Below, in pieces: positions 1 through 14,228 of a DNA stretch of 49,321 nucleotides. The notes below the pieces were generated by a model, which saw only the letters and a list, made by a program, of their open reading frames with translations, did not search any database and was not told where the DNA came from. Within the stretch, counting starts at the first letter, position 1. Each line of letters opens with the position of its first letter. Origin of the DNA: Octopus bimaculoides (lineage: Eukaryota); assembly GCF_001194135.2 (NCBI RefSeq), contig NC_068981.1:87241201-87290521 (forward strand), read 5' to 3'. Position numbers and translations under genes: made by a program.

Positions 1-43
<43 letters not shown>

Positions 44-376
44 GTATATACACACCCACACACAAACAGAAACTAAACGTTTCATTTTTCATTTACTCAC
101 AAGCACATACATATGCTATAATGTTATACGTACTACACGCGGGTACATACAAATGTATCATTCAGACGGCGAAAAAAATTAACTTTTAAGTCGCATGAAC
201 AAATCCACATATGGAAAAACTCTGATTAGCGACGGAGCGGAATGATCAACATTTTTTCACATAAAATAAAATAAATTCTATCTGATCGAGTTCCCTTTCT
301 GTATCCGAAGGTGTTTAATAGAACAATCTCGATCCTTTACATGGATATAAAACAGCAGCAAATCAGAATTGTTTAC

Positions 377-580
377 CCCTGGAAGTTGTATAATGAAGTC
401 ATGTGCGTTGGCTTCTTTCGCAGCTGCAATTATATCACCATCTGTTGCTTTCTCATCACCATCGCGAATATTCTCTTTTATAGAAGTTCCAAACAAAACA
501 GGTTCCTGGTTTACAACACCTATTACCTTACGCAGTGATCCCACGTTATATTCGCTTATGCTTTTGCCGCCTATCAAGAT
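377..580 (-). CDS. ABCB1: ABCB1 exon, NBD1 Q-loop/helical subdomain: [68 protein letters not shown]
   Basis: atttcAG / GTAAAC boundaries, 204 nt (human exon 13 length), [10 protein letters not shown] and EANAHDFI motifs. Confidence 0.96.
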
Positions 581-1199
581 CTGAAATAAATATTATCAAA
601 CGATTATTTTTTTTTAAATATCATCGAATTTTGTAATTACGAACAACGATTAATACAGAAACATTCATAAGATTTTGTTAAAACTATTACAACCAGGTTA
701 GCTATTTACCAAGATTAATTCTACAATTAGGACAAACATTCAAGAAGTTCATAAAATCAATATTTGTGAATGTGTAGTTTAACTGATAATATTTATGAAA
801 TTTAGATAAGAGAAGGTCTACGGATCAAACAACTTGTCATTCTATGTTTCTAATCAGTAAATAAATAAATAAATAAATAAAAACTATCTAAAAGGTATAA
901 GGTGTAATCAAATACTATTTTAGTCTGTTTTTATTTGTTTCAGTCCTAGGACTATGGTTATGCTGGAGTACCATCTTGGATGGTTTACTTGAACAAATCC
1001 ATCCCCGTACTTATTATTTTAATCTAGTACATATTCTGTCGGTTTTTTTTTTGTTTTGACTTTCCTTTGTTTTGTTTTTTTTGTTTGTTTGTTTGTTTTT
1101 TTTTGTTTTTTTTGCTGAGTTGTTACATTATGAAGACGTAGACAAACCAAAATTAGCTCTCAAGCTATGTGGAGACGAATACTAAGAGACGCACGCGCA

Positions 1200-1232
<33 letters not shown>

Positions 1233-2024
1233 AGGATAAGTAAGTATATCATAGATAAATACATACCCACACTTAAGAATGTCATTAAGCTTAAACCATG
1301 GTCTTAATTATAGATCAATAAATAGCAACAATGTCAACACGACTAGGTATCAGGATAGGAACTATGGTTTGACAACCAATAAAATTGAAGAGACCCGAGG
1401 GAATTGGAAGAAATGTACCAAATTTTCACTACACAAGAACAAACTACGAGATGTCCGCACTGGATTAAATATACGTTTAAACGATTTAGAGAAACATAAC
1501 TTACCATCTATAATAATTATACTACTTAAAATAATGATTGTGATAATTAATGATATTTATGGAAATAATACTAATCATTATAATTATAATAATAATAACA
1601 ATAATATTAATTGGGGGTATAAAGCCAAAATAAGTGAAATACCTCTGAATAAATAATGTACTTCATACAGTAAAATGTAGACAAAACTGCTACAGTTAAT
1701 TTTATATAAACATTTTAAACCATGATTCAACTGTAATACCAGTAGAGGTGATTTTAAGACCAAAATTCAATTCGATTTTAAAAGTAATGCTATCACCTTC
1801 AACTTAATACCAACGCAAGAAGCTTGTTTGAATTAGTTCACTTTGAAAACGCCGTAAGTGATGAACCCTTGATGAAACTGCAGCAACTAGGGCGCATAAT
1901 TGCATACAGAGCAATGCGTAGTTGGTGCAGTAGAAACATATGTTGGTCATTGTTATATATGCTACATGCTATACAAAAGTTTTTAATAAAAATACTCCCC
2001 TCCTCCACTCTCCCCTTGGTTTTC

Positions 2025-2068
<44 letters not shown>

Positions 2069-5000
2069 GGCTTGAATATGGTACTTATGCGAAGGCACCC
2101 GAATTTCACATCCCAAAAGGATGGGTGATTAAAATCAAATAATAAGCAACACGGATTTCAAAAGTGATTGCAGTACGCACGTTTCATGCTACTTCAATTT
2201 ATTTAAGTAATGTGAGCATTACCTTAAATGCAATATGANNNNNNNNNNNNNNNNNNNNNNNNNNNNNNNNNNNNNNNNNNNNNNNNATATATAGGGTGGA
2301 TGAGACAAAAAGCAAAATTAGTAACCGGGATAAAATATTTCTGATTTCTTTTTAATTTCTCTTTACTTGTTTGAAATCATTACATTGCATGTATTGCAAC
2401 ATCATTTTGTACTATTGCATCATCGTTAAGAGTAAAACTTGGTCTGTATAGTTGTTGAAGTTGAGAGAGTGGGAAACATAATCAGGTGACAGGTAGTTTT
2501 TTCTTTTTTGTTCAAGAAATTTTTCCTCAACTTTGATCCGTTTGTAATTGACATTGCTAATAAAATATCTGTATAATTTTTGGTATTTAACAATCAATAT
2601 TTTTTCTCTATTGGATTCCAACTCAATTTTTTTCCCACACTAATATCTAATTTGACCATTTTCAATTTTCAAAAAATTGTATGTAAACTGAGCCAAGACT
2701 AATTTCAATAATTTATTTTCTTTAACTTCATGGTGCGTAAATATATCGGAAAGAGAGCCACTGTAGCAGATCGTGAAGAAGCTATAGAGAATATTTTGTT
2801 TAATCTTTTTTTATTTAATCGAATTTCCTTCCATTTTTCCTTGATCCTCTCATTTGACCTAGATATTCTAAATTTTGTTGTATTTCTGATCCTTCTGATC
2901 TCTAAGGAGGGATATTGATGTATGAGTCTGCTTCCAAATGTAATTCTGGACAATTGAAGAAACAAATTTTACCTTGTCTTGACTTACTCATTTTGCCCCA
3001 GCTAAAATTGTGCTCACAGAGAACGGTGATAATTTTCTGAAATAGTATTCAGATATTGTTATGTTTTTAATGCACTTAGAGAAGGTCACATGCTTAGCTG
3101 ATATAGTTTTTGTAAGGGTGTGGAACAATCGTAAAAAGTATATTTTTTACGATTGTTAAACAATCGTAAAAAATTTTTTTTTCTCAAAGTAAAAAATGCA
3201 GTAAAAATTCCTCATTGTCTCCGCCCCATGTGTGTGTGTACGCGTGCGTGTGTGTGTACGCGTGCGTGTGTGTGTGTGTACGCGTGCGTGTGTGTATGTG
3301 GGNNNNNNNNNNNNNNNNNNNNNNNNNNNNNNNNNNNNNNNNNNNNNNNNNNNNNNNNNNNNNNNNNNNNNNNNNNNNNNNNNNNNNNNNNNNNNNNNNN
3401 NNNNNNNNNNNNNNNNNNNNNNNNNNNNNNNNNNNNNNNNNNNNNNNNNNNNNNNNNNNNNNNNNNNNNNNNNNNNNNNNNNNNNNNNNNNNNNNNNNNN
3501 NNNNNNNNNNNNNNNNNNNNNNNNNNNNNNNNNNNNNNNNNNNNNNNNNNNNNNNNNNNNNNNNNNNNNNNNNNNNNNNNNNNNNNNNNNNNNNNNNNNN
3601 NNNNNNNNNNNNNNNNNNNNNNNNNNNNNNNNNNNNNNNNNNNNNNNNNNNNNNNNNNNNNNNNNNNNNNNNNNNNNNNNNNNNNNNNNNNNNNNNNNNN
3701 NNNNNNNNNNNNNNNNNNNNNNNNNNNNNNNNNNNNNNNNNNNNNNNNNNNNNNNNNNNNNNNNNNNNNNNNNNNNNNNNNNNNNNNNNNNNNNNNNNNN
3801 NNNNNNNNNNNNNNNNNNNNNNNNNNNNNNNNNNNNNNNNNNNNNNNNNNNNNNNNNNNNNNNNNNNNNNNNNNNNNNNNNNNNNNNNNNNNNNNNNNNN
3901 NNNNNNNNNNNNNNNNNNNNNNNNNNNNNNNNNNNNNNNNNNNNNNNNNNNNNNNNNNNNNNNNNNNNNNNNNNNNNNNNNNNNNNNNNNNNNNNNNNNN
4001 NNNNNNNNNNNNNNNNNNNNNNNNNNNNNNNNNNNNNNNNNNNNNNNNNNNNNNNNNNNNNNNNNNNNNNNNNNNNNNNNNNNNNNNNNNNNNNNNNNNN
4101 NNNNNNNNNNNNNNNNNNNNNNNNNNNNNNNCTCACGCGATTAACAACAAGGCCACCTTTGTATGGTGGGGTTGTAATCGACTCAATCAAAATCAGTATC
4201 TATTTCTCTCATATTTCATTTGATGACGTTATATAATATCATTATATAGGCCGCTAGTGAGGCATAACAAATTTTGCTACACAAATGTGGTCCTCTATAG
4301 TCTCGGTCCACCTTCACTAGTTTAAAAATATGAGCAAATAAGCGATTGCTTAACCTGTTAAATGTAGCAGTCAATTCCATTCAAATTACACTCTATCGTT
4401 TAAAATAAAAATAAACAAGTATGCAGTGGAAAATGTAATCATAGTCAACAAAAGTTAACCTAGATGTGAACAGAAACAATATCTGCAACTTTTAAATATC
4501 GCTATTATAAGATATGACACATACAGAACTCAGTTTGTGGCTTCTCTATGCTATATTCTTGTGTTCTTTCTTTAACATTAAGCGATTGTAGAACTGTAGG
4601 CATATTCATTCAACACCTGAGTACCAAATAAGGCGGCGAACTGACAGAATCGTTAGCACGCCGGGCAAATTGTTTAACGGAATCTCGTCCGTCTTTACGC
4701 TGTGAGTTCAAATGCCGCCGAGGCTGACTTTGCTTTTCATCGTTTCGAAGTCGATAAAATAAGTGCCAGCTGAGCACTAGAATCGATATAATCGACTTAT
4801 CCCCTCTCCCGAAATTGCTGGCCTTGTGCTAAAATTTGGAAACAATATTTAGTGTTATTGTTGTTGTGTGCTGTTGGAGAGTATATAGTACAAGTATGTA
4901 GTTCAAGTTTTCGATTCCCAGACCGGGCGTTGTGAGTGTTTATTGAGCGAAAACACCTAAAGCTCCACGTGGCTCCGGCAGGGGATGGTGGCGAACCCTG

Positions 5001-8000
5001 CTGTACTCTTTCACCACAACTTTCTCTCACTCTTTCTTCCTGTTTCTGTTGTGCCTGTAATTCAAAGGGCCAGCCTTGTCACACTGTGTTACGCTGAATA
5101 TCCCTGAGAACTACGTTAAGGGTACACGTGTCTGTGGAGTGCTCAGCCACTTGCACGCTAATTTCACGAGCAGGCTGTTCTGTTGATTGGATCAACTGGA
5201 ACCCTCGACGTCGTAAGCGACGGAGTGCCAACAACGTAGTTCAAGTAATAGAATCGGTAGAGCATCGCGGGCGAGGAGAATGCCTTGCGATAATTACTTC
5301 AGCTCTAACTTCCAAAATCCACCGAAGTCACCTTTGCTTATAATCATTCCGGAGTTGGTAAAATAAAGTGTCAAGGAAGTTCTAGAGTCGATATAATCGA
5401 TTGTTGTTATCATGTTAGAAATTATTTTGTTCGTTAGAAAAAACGAGTATGGAGCATTACTGACGACTGTGCACACGTAAATACACATAGTTGTGTACAA
5501 ATTGATACCAATGATTTCACATTTCTTATAGTGTCTTTTCCACTCACTGATTCCTGCTCCTTATGTAATTTCTTACTTAATTCACTCTTCAGTCACATTT
5601 ACGTTTTATGCTCATAAAATACTTTTGAATAGCTTGTTTCTTTTGTATACATTTTATAAATATTTTACAGTAATTAACCTAAAAAATCTACCTCTTGAAG
5701 GTTAAATATTTTTATACATTTTCGGATAAAGATTATCTTTCAAACTCTCTAAATACTGCATTATGCATATTGTATTCTTTGTTTACTTTCCTGTCGTTAT
5801 TAAAATATGCCATTTAATGTGCCGAGTTGGCAGAATCATTAGCGCATCAGACAAAATTCTTAGTAGCACTTTTTCCGGCTTTTTACGTTCTGATCTCAAA
5901 ATCTACTGAGTTCAACTTTGCCTTTCATCTTTTCGAGGTTGACAAAGTAAAGTACCAGGCAAGTACTAGAGGTCGAGCGTGTGTGTATTTGTGAGTGTGT
6001 GTTTGTGTCCCCCCACCATCGCATGACAACCGATGATGGTGTGTTTACGTCCCCCGTAACTTAATAAATCCTGGACTCAATTTCTTCGACTAAAATCTTT
6101 AAGGCAGTGCTCCAGCATGGCCGCAGTCAAATGACTGAAAGAAGTAAAAGAGTGGAATAATGTATGCAGTACATATATAATTAAATTAGGCAGTGGTTTA
6201 GCAGTGAATCACCAAAAAGGAAAACTATAATTGTCATTAAATATAACAGGTGTTAGAACACTTACAATGCTAGGTATTCTATATATATATGTGCATGTGT
6301 GTGTCGACTTACTGTGCAACATTTTATGACTATTAGCCTATGTAATGTCACACACCCCACTTCTGTTTCCACTCTGTGGCACCCCACACAATTTTTAATA
6401 TTTGGTGCGAGATTTTCTCTCTTCTCTATCCATTTTTCTATCCTTTTCCTCTCTCCTTTTGTGTAGAAAACCTTCCCCATCTATTTCTATCTTTCTCTCT
6501 TTACTACTTTCCATTACTTCCTGTCAACTACCTACTGTCTATCTTTACTCCCTTTTTTCTCCGCACACCCTCTTTTTTCCTACTTGCTCTTCCTCAACCC
6601 TCTCTACTCCACTCTGCCTCTCTTTCTTCACTTTTTAGTACCAAAAGACCTTTCAATTTTTTATCACTCATCCTTTTTTCTATTTGACCAGTGCATAGGT
6701 AAGACATATTTTGTTTCATCTCCTGTCTAGCATTCACTTCAGACCCCCAGTTTATCTTTTCACTTTTCATTCCTTCTATCTTTCTATCCTTATCCTGAGC
6801 CTTCTCATCGTACCTTTGGAACACAAACACCACTATTTTCTTTCTATTTTGTTAATTTTAGCCATGTAGTGTCTCACATTTTGAAATACTTGCAATTTGT
6901 ATTTTTACTGCTTATGTTTGCTTCACTTGAGAAAAAATTAAAGACTGACAAAGGTAAGTGAAGGGGTCGAGGAGCGAAGACAGAAACCTTTACCAACATC
7001 AGCAAGGAGGAGAAAGTACAGAAGAAAAAGAAAGATGAAAGAGAAATGATAACAATAAAGAATGAGAGACATGCAGAGATAGAGTATACCAGCAACAGTA
7101 GAAGAGATTGGTGAAGCAAAATCAGAGAGAAACACCAAAAGGAAAACAATTAAAAAATATGATAAAGTACACAAGAAGTGTAGAAATTGAAAAAATGATT
7201 GCGAAAATGAAGAATGTGATTGTAATCAAATTGTAACCCAACGAGAAAAATGTAGGTTTGAAAGCTGTTCTGCTGGAAAGAGAGAGAGGAGAAAAGTTAA
7301 AGGAATTGTTTGGTGAAAAGTTAGAAGTGACACCGGTACAGTTTCGTTTTGATGAATTGCCGCCGGTGGTGGCCTTCGAAGATTTAACGAAGTATTTTGT
7401 GTAAATGAGGGTAAGTGAGGAAATTTAAGAACTGAATAATTAATGACTTCGTGTAAATTTTTAAAAAAAGGAAAAAGGGAAAACCAACAGATACAAGACA
7501 GAATATTGAATTATTAGTAAAACGCTATATAAAAACTGTAAAATAAAATTGCCTGCCTATGGGAGGCAGGTAAGTCATTCCATCCTCATTTTTCATTGTA
7601 TGCATAATTTCATACGACATGTGCTTTTATGTACCCCATTGTATTGTTTTGTATGTACTTGTATTGTCCCTTCTCTTTAAGAGCCATGTGCTCAATAAAA
7701 GAAATAAGGACGTTGGTGTTGCCCTGTTATATATACTATACATTCATGCAAAAAATATTGTGTTTATTGACTATTTTTAAAATGGTCACACAATCAATGG
7801 AAAGTTCAATGCCAACTTGCTAAGGCAGTTATGAAAAGCTATCAACACCAAACGCCCAGAAAAACTGATGAATGGAGTCTTGTTTCATTGGACAATGCTT
7901 CAGCACACAAGTCCTTGGTTTCAATGGCTGCTGTGTGTGACTGGCTTTGAACTGTTAGTTCACCCACCCTGTTTTAGTGATTTGGTTCCATCTGATTATT

Positions 8001-8639
8001 ATGTTTCCCAACATGAAAAAGCACTCGGCTGGGCACCAGTATCGTTGTGATGAAGACGTCTTATCTGTAGTTGATGACTATTTTGACCAACAAGATAGCT
8101 TCTTCACCAGTGCGATCCAAGCACTGCAACTACTTATGGAAGTATGTGGACAGTAAGAGGAACGACGTTAAAAATGAATTTCATTTGGTCGCATTCCATG
8201 AGAGTGTCTTGCTCAGTCTATGAACATTTCAGCTGACCATCATAATAAACATTATTATACGTGCATTTGTTTTAATGTTAACATTGAAAAAATCCACTTT
8301 TTACGTAAAAAAATTTTGGACCTTAGTTTGCACCCACTAAGCAAATTTTGCTCCCGGGCCACTGCCCACGCTGGCGGCTAACCTAATCCTTCAGAATGTT
8401 GGAAGCTGCCGCTACGAAAACAACATTCTTCACTTCTATATTTAAGAGATGAGGAATTATGTACATTATTTACATTTGATGGATATTTGTCCTCATCTTG
8501 TTTGTTGTTATCACAACGTTTCGGCTGATATACCCTCCAGCCTTCATCAGGTGTCTTGGGGAAATTTCGAACCTAGGTTCTCATTCCTAAGGTATTTTTC
8601 GATGTTGTTGTTGTTATTATTACTATTATTAATATTATC

Positions 8640-8670
<31 letters not shown>

Positions 8671-9562
8671 TCACTGCCTGGAATCGAACTCGGAATCTTG
8701 GGGTTAGTACGCCATAAGCCCGTGGGCAATTATGGAGTGAATTTTAGGTCTTATAAATCTAATATATCCGTCAAATGTAAATAATGAACAGCATTCTTAT
8801 TTCCATTTTCATTCGGAGCAGAAACGGCATGCCAATAGTTGTTTTAACAACTACTTACTCAGCCGAGACGTTGGCAGCTACAGATTTCCTGTTTTGAATT
8901 TAATATGATATTTCTCAAGTTCTGACAGTGTAATTACAGAATTGTACTAGCCTACTTACTATTTGGTCATAACTGTAAAGTTTATCTATTCCCATGTATA
9001 TAATTATTGTTTTATTGTTTGTATTCAGCATTCAGAACCAGCATGAAAAATACTACGTCCAGTGAATAGAACTTCTGTTAATTGTTCACAAGGTGTTGTC
9101 CATCATTTACACGTAGCTAAGTAACTTAACAGAAACACGTAGCGAATCTAAAAACACCTTTGTGGCGGAAGTTATTAAAATGTACAACACCAAAATGTTA
9201 ACTTACCTCTCCACTATGTATATCATAAAGACGTTGAATTAATTGTATTACAGTACTTTTCCCACAGCCACTGGTTCCAACCAAAGCAACAGTTTTACCT
9301 GGTTCGGCGACAAAATTCAAACCGGTGAGAACCTAAAATAATGATTGAGGCTTCGTTAGAATAAGATAACGATATCACCAAATACCAAATTATATTGCAT
9401 TCTACCTTGAACATGACATATATATATTCCTTAGAATTACATGCTTTACTTGAAAAATTCAAATCGTTCTTTAAATTAATTAATTATAACTTCCATATAT
9501 ATATATATGAATTATATATATATATATGAATTATACATTTTTGCGTCGTAACTCCTTTATTA

Positions 9563-9599
<37 letters not shown>

Positions 9600-12500
9600 T
9601 AACAACAATAAATGGAGCAAAACGCATATAAATAAAAGTTCCTTTTTTTTNNNNNNNNNNNNNNNNNNNNNNNNNNNNNNNNNNNNNNNNNNNNNNNNNN
9701 NNNNNNNNNNNNNNNNNNNNNNNNNNNNNNNNNNNNNNNNNNNNNNNNNNNNNNNNNNNNNNNNNNNNNNNNNNNNNNNNNNNNNNNNNNNNNNNNNNNN
9801 NNNNNNNNNNNNNNNNNNNNNNNNNNNNNNNNNNNNNNNNNNNNNNNNNNNNNNNNNNNNNNNNNNNNNNNNNNNNNNNNNNNNNNNNNNNNNNNNNNNN
9901 NNNNNNNNNNNNNNNNNNNNNNNNNNNNNNNNNNNNNNNNNNNNNNNNNNNNNNNNNNNNNNNNNNNNNNNNNNNNNNNNNNNNNNNNNNNNNNNNNNNN
10001 NNNNNNNNNNNNNNNNNNNNNNNNNNNNNNNNNNNNNNNNNNNNNNNNNNNNNNNNNNNNNNNNNNNNNNNNNNNNNNNNNNNNNNNNNNNNNNNNNNNN
10101 NNNNNNNNNNNNNNNNNNNNNNNACTAAATGTGACAGTCCCCTGAAGGGAATAATACTACTGTTGGTTAGACCTAGGAAGCTGCACCGCTTCTTGTCGGC
10201 CTTGACACATTTCCCGGGTGAGCAATGCTAGCAGCAGGGTTACCACAGCGGATATTTATAGCGGGTTGGTAGAGCTTAAGTCTGACGATGTCCTGGGGGA
10301 GACTCTGGGCTTTGATAAGAAGCAGCTAGTCAGCCTGTTAGGGAGGACCTTCGGGTCGAGATTCCTGGATAACTACCAGAAATCCTTGACCTGGCTGTGC
10401 AACCGATCGGCCCTACCGGTTCGGGAAAGGTTATCGAGGCACGGATATGACACCCCCACGTGTCCGAGGTGCGGACGCGCCAGTGAAACGGTGACGCACG
10501 CCTTCGTACACTGTGAGGAGCTGAGGGATTTGATAACCTATGCCGAACAACTGATGTCGGATGCAGAAGGAGTACGGCTCTCGACTGAGTCCATGATTAC
10601 GATTGTACCGCCTTCCTCTCTTTCCAAAGAGAAGAAGGCAGCATTTCTCTGCGTAATAACTATATTGAAAGAAACGGTATGGAAGACGCGTTTGGAAGGA
10701 ATTGTGACAGGACAGTTCATCTCCAGACGAGGGCTGGTGAACCATTTCACTGCCCATCTTGTTTTCAAGATCCGTCTGGAGAGGAGGAGCCTGCCACAAA
10801 GAGTGTTTGCGAAAAGATGGAAGGATATCGTAAGAAAGCTGAGTATGCAAGGAGCCATGCCAACACGGCTGGACCGGGCATAGAAGGAAAAGAAAAAACA
10901 AAAAAAGGGGGGAAATCAACCGGTGGGTTAGTAAGACAACCCAAACAAAAAAAGAGAATTAAATTTTTTTTTATATTTTATATATATTTTTATGTACCAT
11001 ATCGCATTATACCATTATATTCATCATAACAACCATTATAACATTCATCGATAGAACACTTGTAAAAGGCTGAGGACCATATATATGTTTTTGTCTGTCC
11101 TTGTTTGTCTCCTCTATGTATCCTACTTATTAAAAATAAAAGAAAATCTTTCGGTTCCAGACCTTTTGAGATCTAGCCACTGACCACAGAGCACACAGCC
11201 AGTTCCAACGATGACACAACTGCAGCCACATGGAGATTCATCAACACTTGACCAACAGCATAAGCAATCTTTCTTCGTCGCCTCCATCTTCTTAACGTCA
11301 ACATCATCTCTCTACGTACACACCAACCGGCAACACTCACACAGGTTCTATCTCCACACTGTTTGTGAATTACTTCACCATGGTTAACAGCAAATACAAC
11401 CTTCTGTAACAAGAGACCAGCTCTGCATCGTAGCCACAACTTTTTATACGACTGTACCTCAACCGGCTCTGCATTGAAGCGACAAATTCTTGATACAGCA
11501 TCTCAACTATCGTGTACTTTGACTACGAACTGGTATTTTATCAGCCTTGCGTCTGAACATTCTTCTAACGTTATATTATAGACTCTTTCTATGCTCTGTA
11601 CTTATCGCACGCGCATACATCCATGTTTGTACACACACACTTTGTATACATGACGGCCTGTCTATTATATATATAACGCACACATGTTAACATATAAATA
11701 AACATTTTACCCCCAGTTGTGTCTCTCTTTTCTGGTACTTATACTCGTTTATCCTTTTTCATATTTTATTTGTATCGACAGTGCGATGTACTACAGGAGC
11801 CATTCTCATCACCTCTCCTTCGCACGGTCGTATACAAAAAAGACATTACATATTAATTACTGGTATTTCGTTATGCAGTTATAATATACTATCATTATCT
11901 TAGAGGCTTTTAAGTCAATACTGCATCCTACCTATGTTAGCAGGGCGATTCAATCACTTTTTAAAGTTATCTCTACAGATTTTTTACAGAAATCAGAGCC
12001 AACACTGAAAGTTGCGACGTTTCGTATGTAAACAATGCGATCGAAGATAGAGAAATAGGTAATGGGTGTGAAGAAAGAAAAATAAGTAACGGGCATCGAA
12101 GATAGAAAAATAGTTAATGGGTGTTACATTGCATACTTACGGGAACATCAGGTCTTGAAGGATATCTAAAGTAAACCTCTTTGAAGGTAATTCTACCTTC
12201 GATGTTTTCCGCCGATTTACCACGTTTTGATAAATTATCAATAGAAGGTTCCTGAAAAGTTGAGAAAGGATTACTTTAAGAGCAAGGAGAGGTTATTTTA
12301 ACTTTATTTTAGATCACATGGAAATTTTTACGCATTTATCTATTTCTATAACCATTTCGGGTGGGGGGTTCAGTCATTAGACTATGGCCATGCTGGGGCA
12401 TCGCATTGAAGAAGATTTAGTCGAATGAATCGACTCCGGTACTTTTTAAAGCCTAGTACATATTCTATCAGTTCTTTTGTCGAGCCGCTAAGTTGCGGGG

Positions 12501-14189
12501 ACACACATACATTTATATATATATANNNNNNNNNNNNNNNNNNNNNNNNNNNNNNNNNNNNNNNNNNNNNNNNNNNNNNNNNNNNNNNNNNNNNNNNNNN
12601 NNNNNNNNNNNNNTGTGTGTGTGTGTGTGTGTGTATATACGATGGGCTTTCAGTTTCCGTCTACCAAATCTGCTCAGGCTTTGGTCGACCCAAGGCTATA
12701 GAAGAAGACACTTGCCCAAAGTGTCACGCACTGGGACCGAATCCGAAACCATGTGACTGAGAAGCAAGCTTCTTACCACACAGCTACACCAGCACCTATA
12801 CTGAACATTTTAAAATAGAAGATCCATGTAATATCTATTCTTATTACACAGTTGGTACTCTGCTATATGTTTTAAGTGTTTCTATAAGATAAGATATTTT
12901 ATAGCGAAAGAGAAGTCTTCTTTCAAATCTTTAGAAAATCCTCATATAACGCAAGATTGTACATAACTCGCAGGCTTTAATATTTTTCTTTCTTCTAAGC
13001 CGCTTCTAGATGCTGTCACAGATTAGATAAATCGCCAAATTTAGGTATCTGAAGGAATATTTAGTTTAAGCCTTTTCCGATTGAATTACCTTCCTATTAC
13101 GAATAAACCAAGATTAAATGAAACTAATATCTATATTTCATTAAGAACAGTTTTGAAACAAAATATATCTTCTTAAGTTCGTCTTCACTGTATGTAATAT
13201 AACTCGGCCAAATGATAGAATTGGTTAATTTAGAACCGGAGTCCATATAAAATTATGTTGCAAATATTTTCTAGTTACACTTTTACAATACACTATTTTA
13301 ATATTTTTATACAATTCCTAATAATGTTTGATTATAAAAATACAATAGGATTTTATAAGAAATTAAATGTGAGAGTCCCCAAGTAAAATAAAAATCAAAT
13401 GGGTCTATAGATGAAAAAAAAAAGTGGTTGAGAAATACTGATTTAGTGCATCAATAAATGACTTTGAAAAACAATTTGGAGATGGAATAGATCCAACTAT
13501 TTAAATCTTACATCAGTAGAATGCTCGTAAATTGCTAATTAAAAACCAGCAGGATTTATTTAATATATCAACCTATTCTGTTAGATAAATACATTGATTT
13601 ATTTTCCTTTAATTCTTTGAATTTCATGATTTATTTTTCTTTTCTTTTTTGAATTTCATAAATCCAAAACACAACCAAACATTATTTCATATCTAGCGGT
13701 GCCTTCAACATCAGTTGACGCTACTAAATTATCTATGTTATCTCAAAAAAAAAAAAAAAAACTCTGATTATCGGAAGCAACACCAACAATAGAATTTTCG
13801 TGTCTATACATACATTTTCAGTAATAGAGTTTCTATAATCTACTGACATTTAACTGCCCTGAACGCAAACATTACTCATTAATCGGAAAATATATAACAT
13901 CATTTTGATCGTGACCAACTAAAGTCTCACTGTACAAATACTTATAATGATTACCTCAAATGATATCATCAACCTAAAACTGTTTTAAGATTAGAATCAT
14001 CTTTATAGTCGGAACATATTTTCTATATTTAAAAGATGAGGGATTATGTACATTATTTACATTTGACGGATATTTGTCCTTATCTCGTTTGTTGTTAACA
14101 CAACGTTTCGGCTGTTATACCCTCCAGCCTTTATCAGGTGTCTTGGGGAAATTTCGAACATGGGTTCTCATTCCTAAGGTATTTTTCGA

Positions 14190-14228
<39 letters not shown>

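Noticed and set aside
1279-1656. 125-aa ORF with NHGLNY resembling a PLE N-terminal motif
   Set aside because: Single short motif, ends in (AAT)n; insufficient to call.
2412-2965. Lys/Arg-rich minus-strand ORFs
   Set aside because: No recognisable domain; probably a decayed repeat.
3153-4236. Long ORFs spanning N runs (also about 9526, 15398, 17427, 21228, 22529, 39228)
   Set aside because: Artefacts of translating through assembly gaps and dinucleotide repeats.
7325-7372. Minus-strand CACCGG...GAAACTGTA-CCGGTG, possible hammerhead
   Set aside because: Stem I and GAAA present but the CUGANGA core matches only 3 of 7 and there is no stem II.
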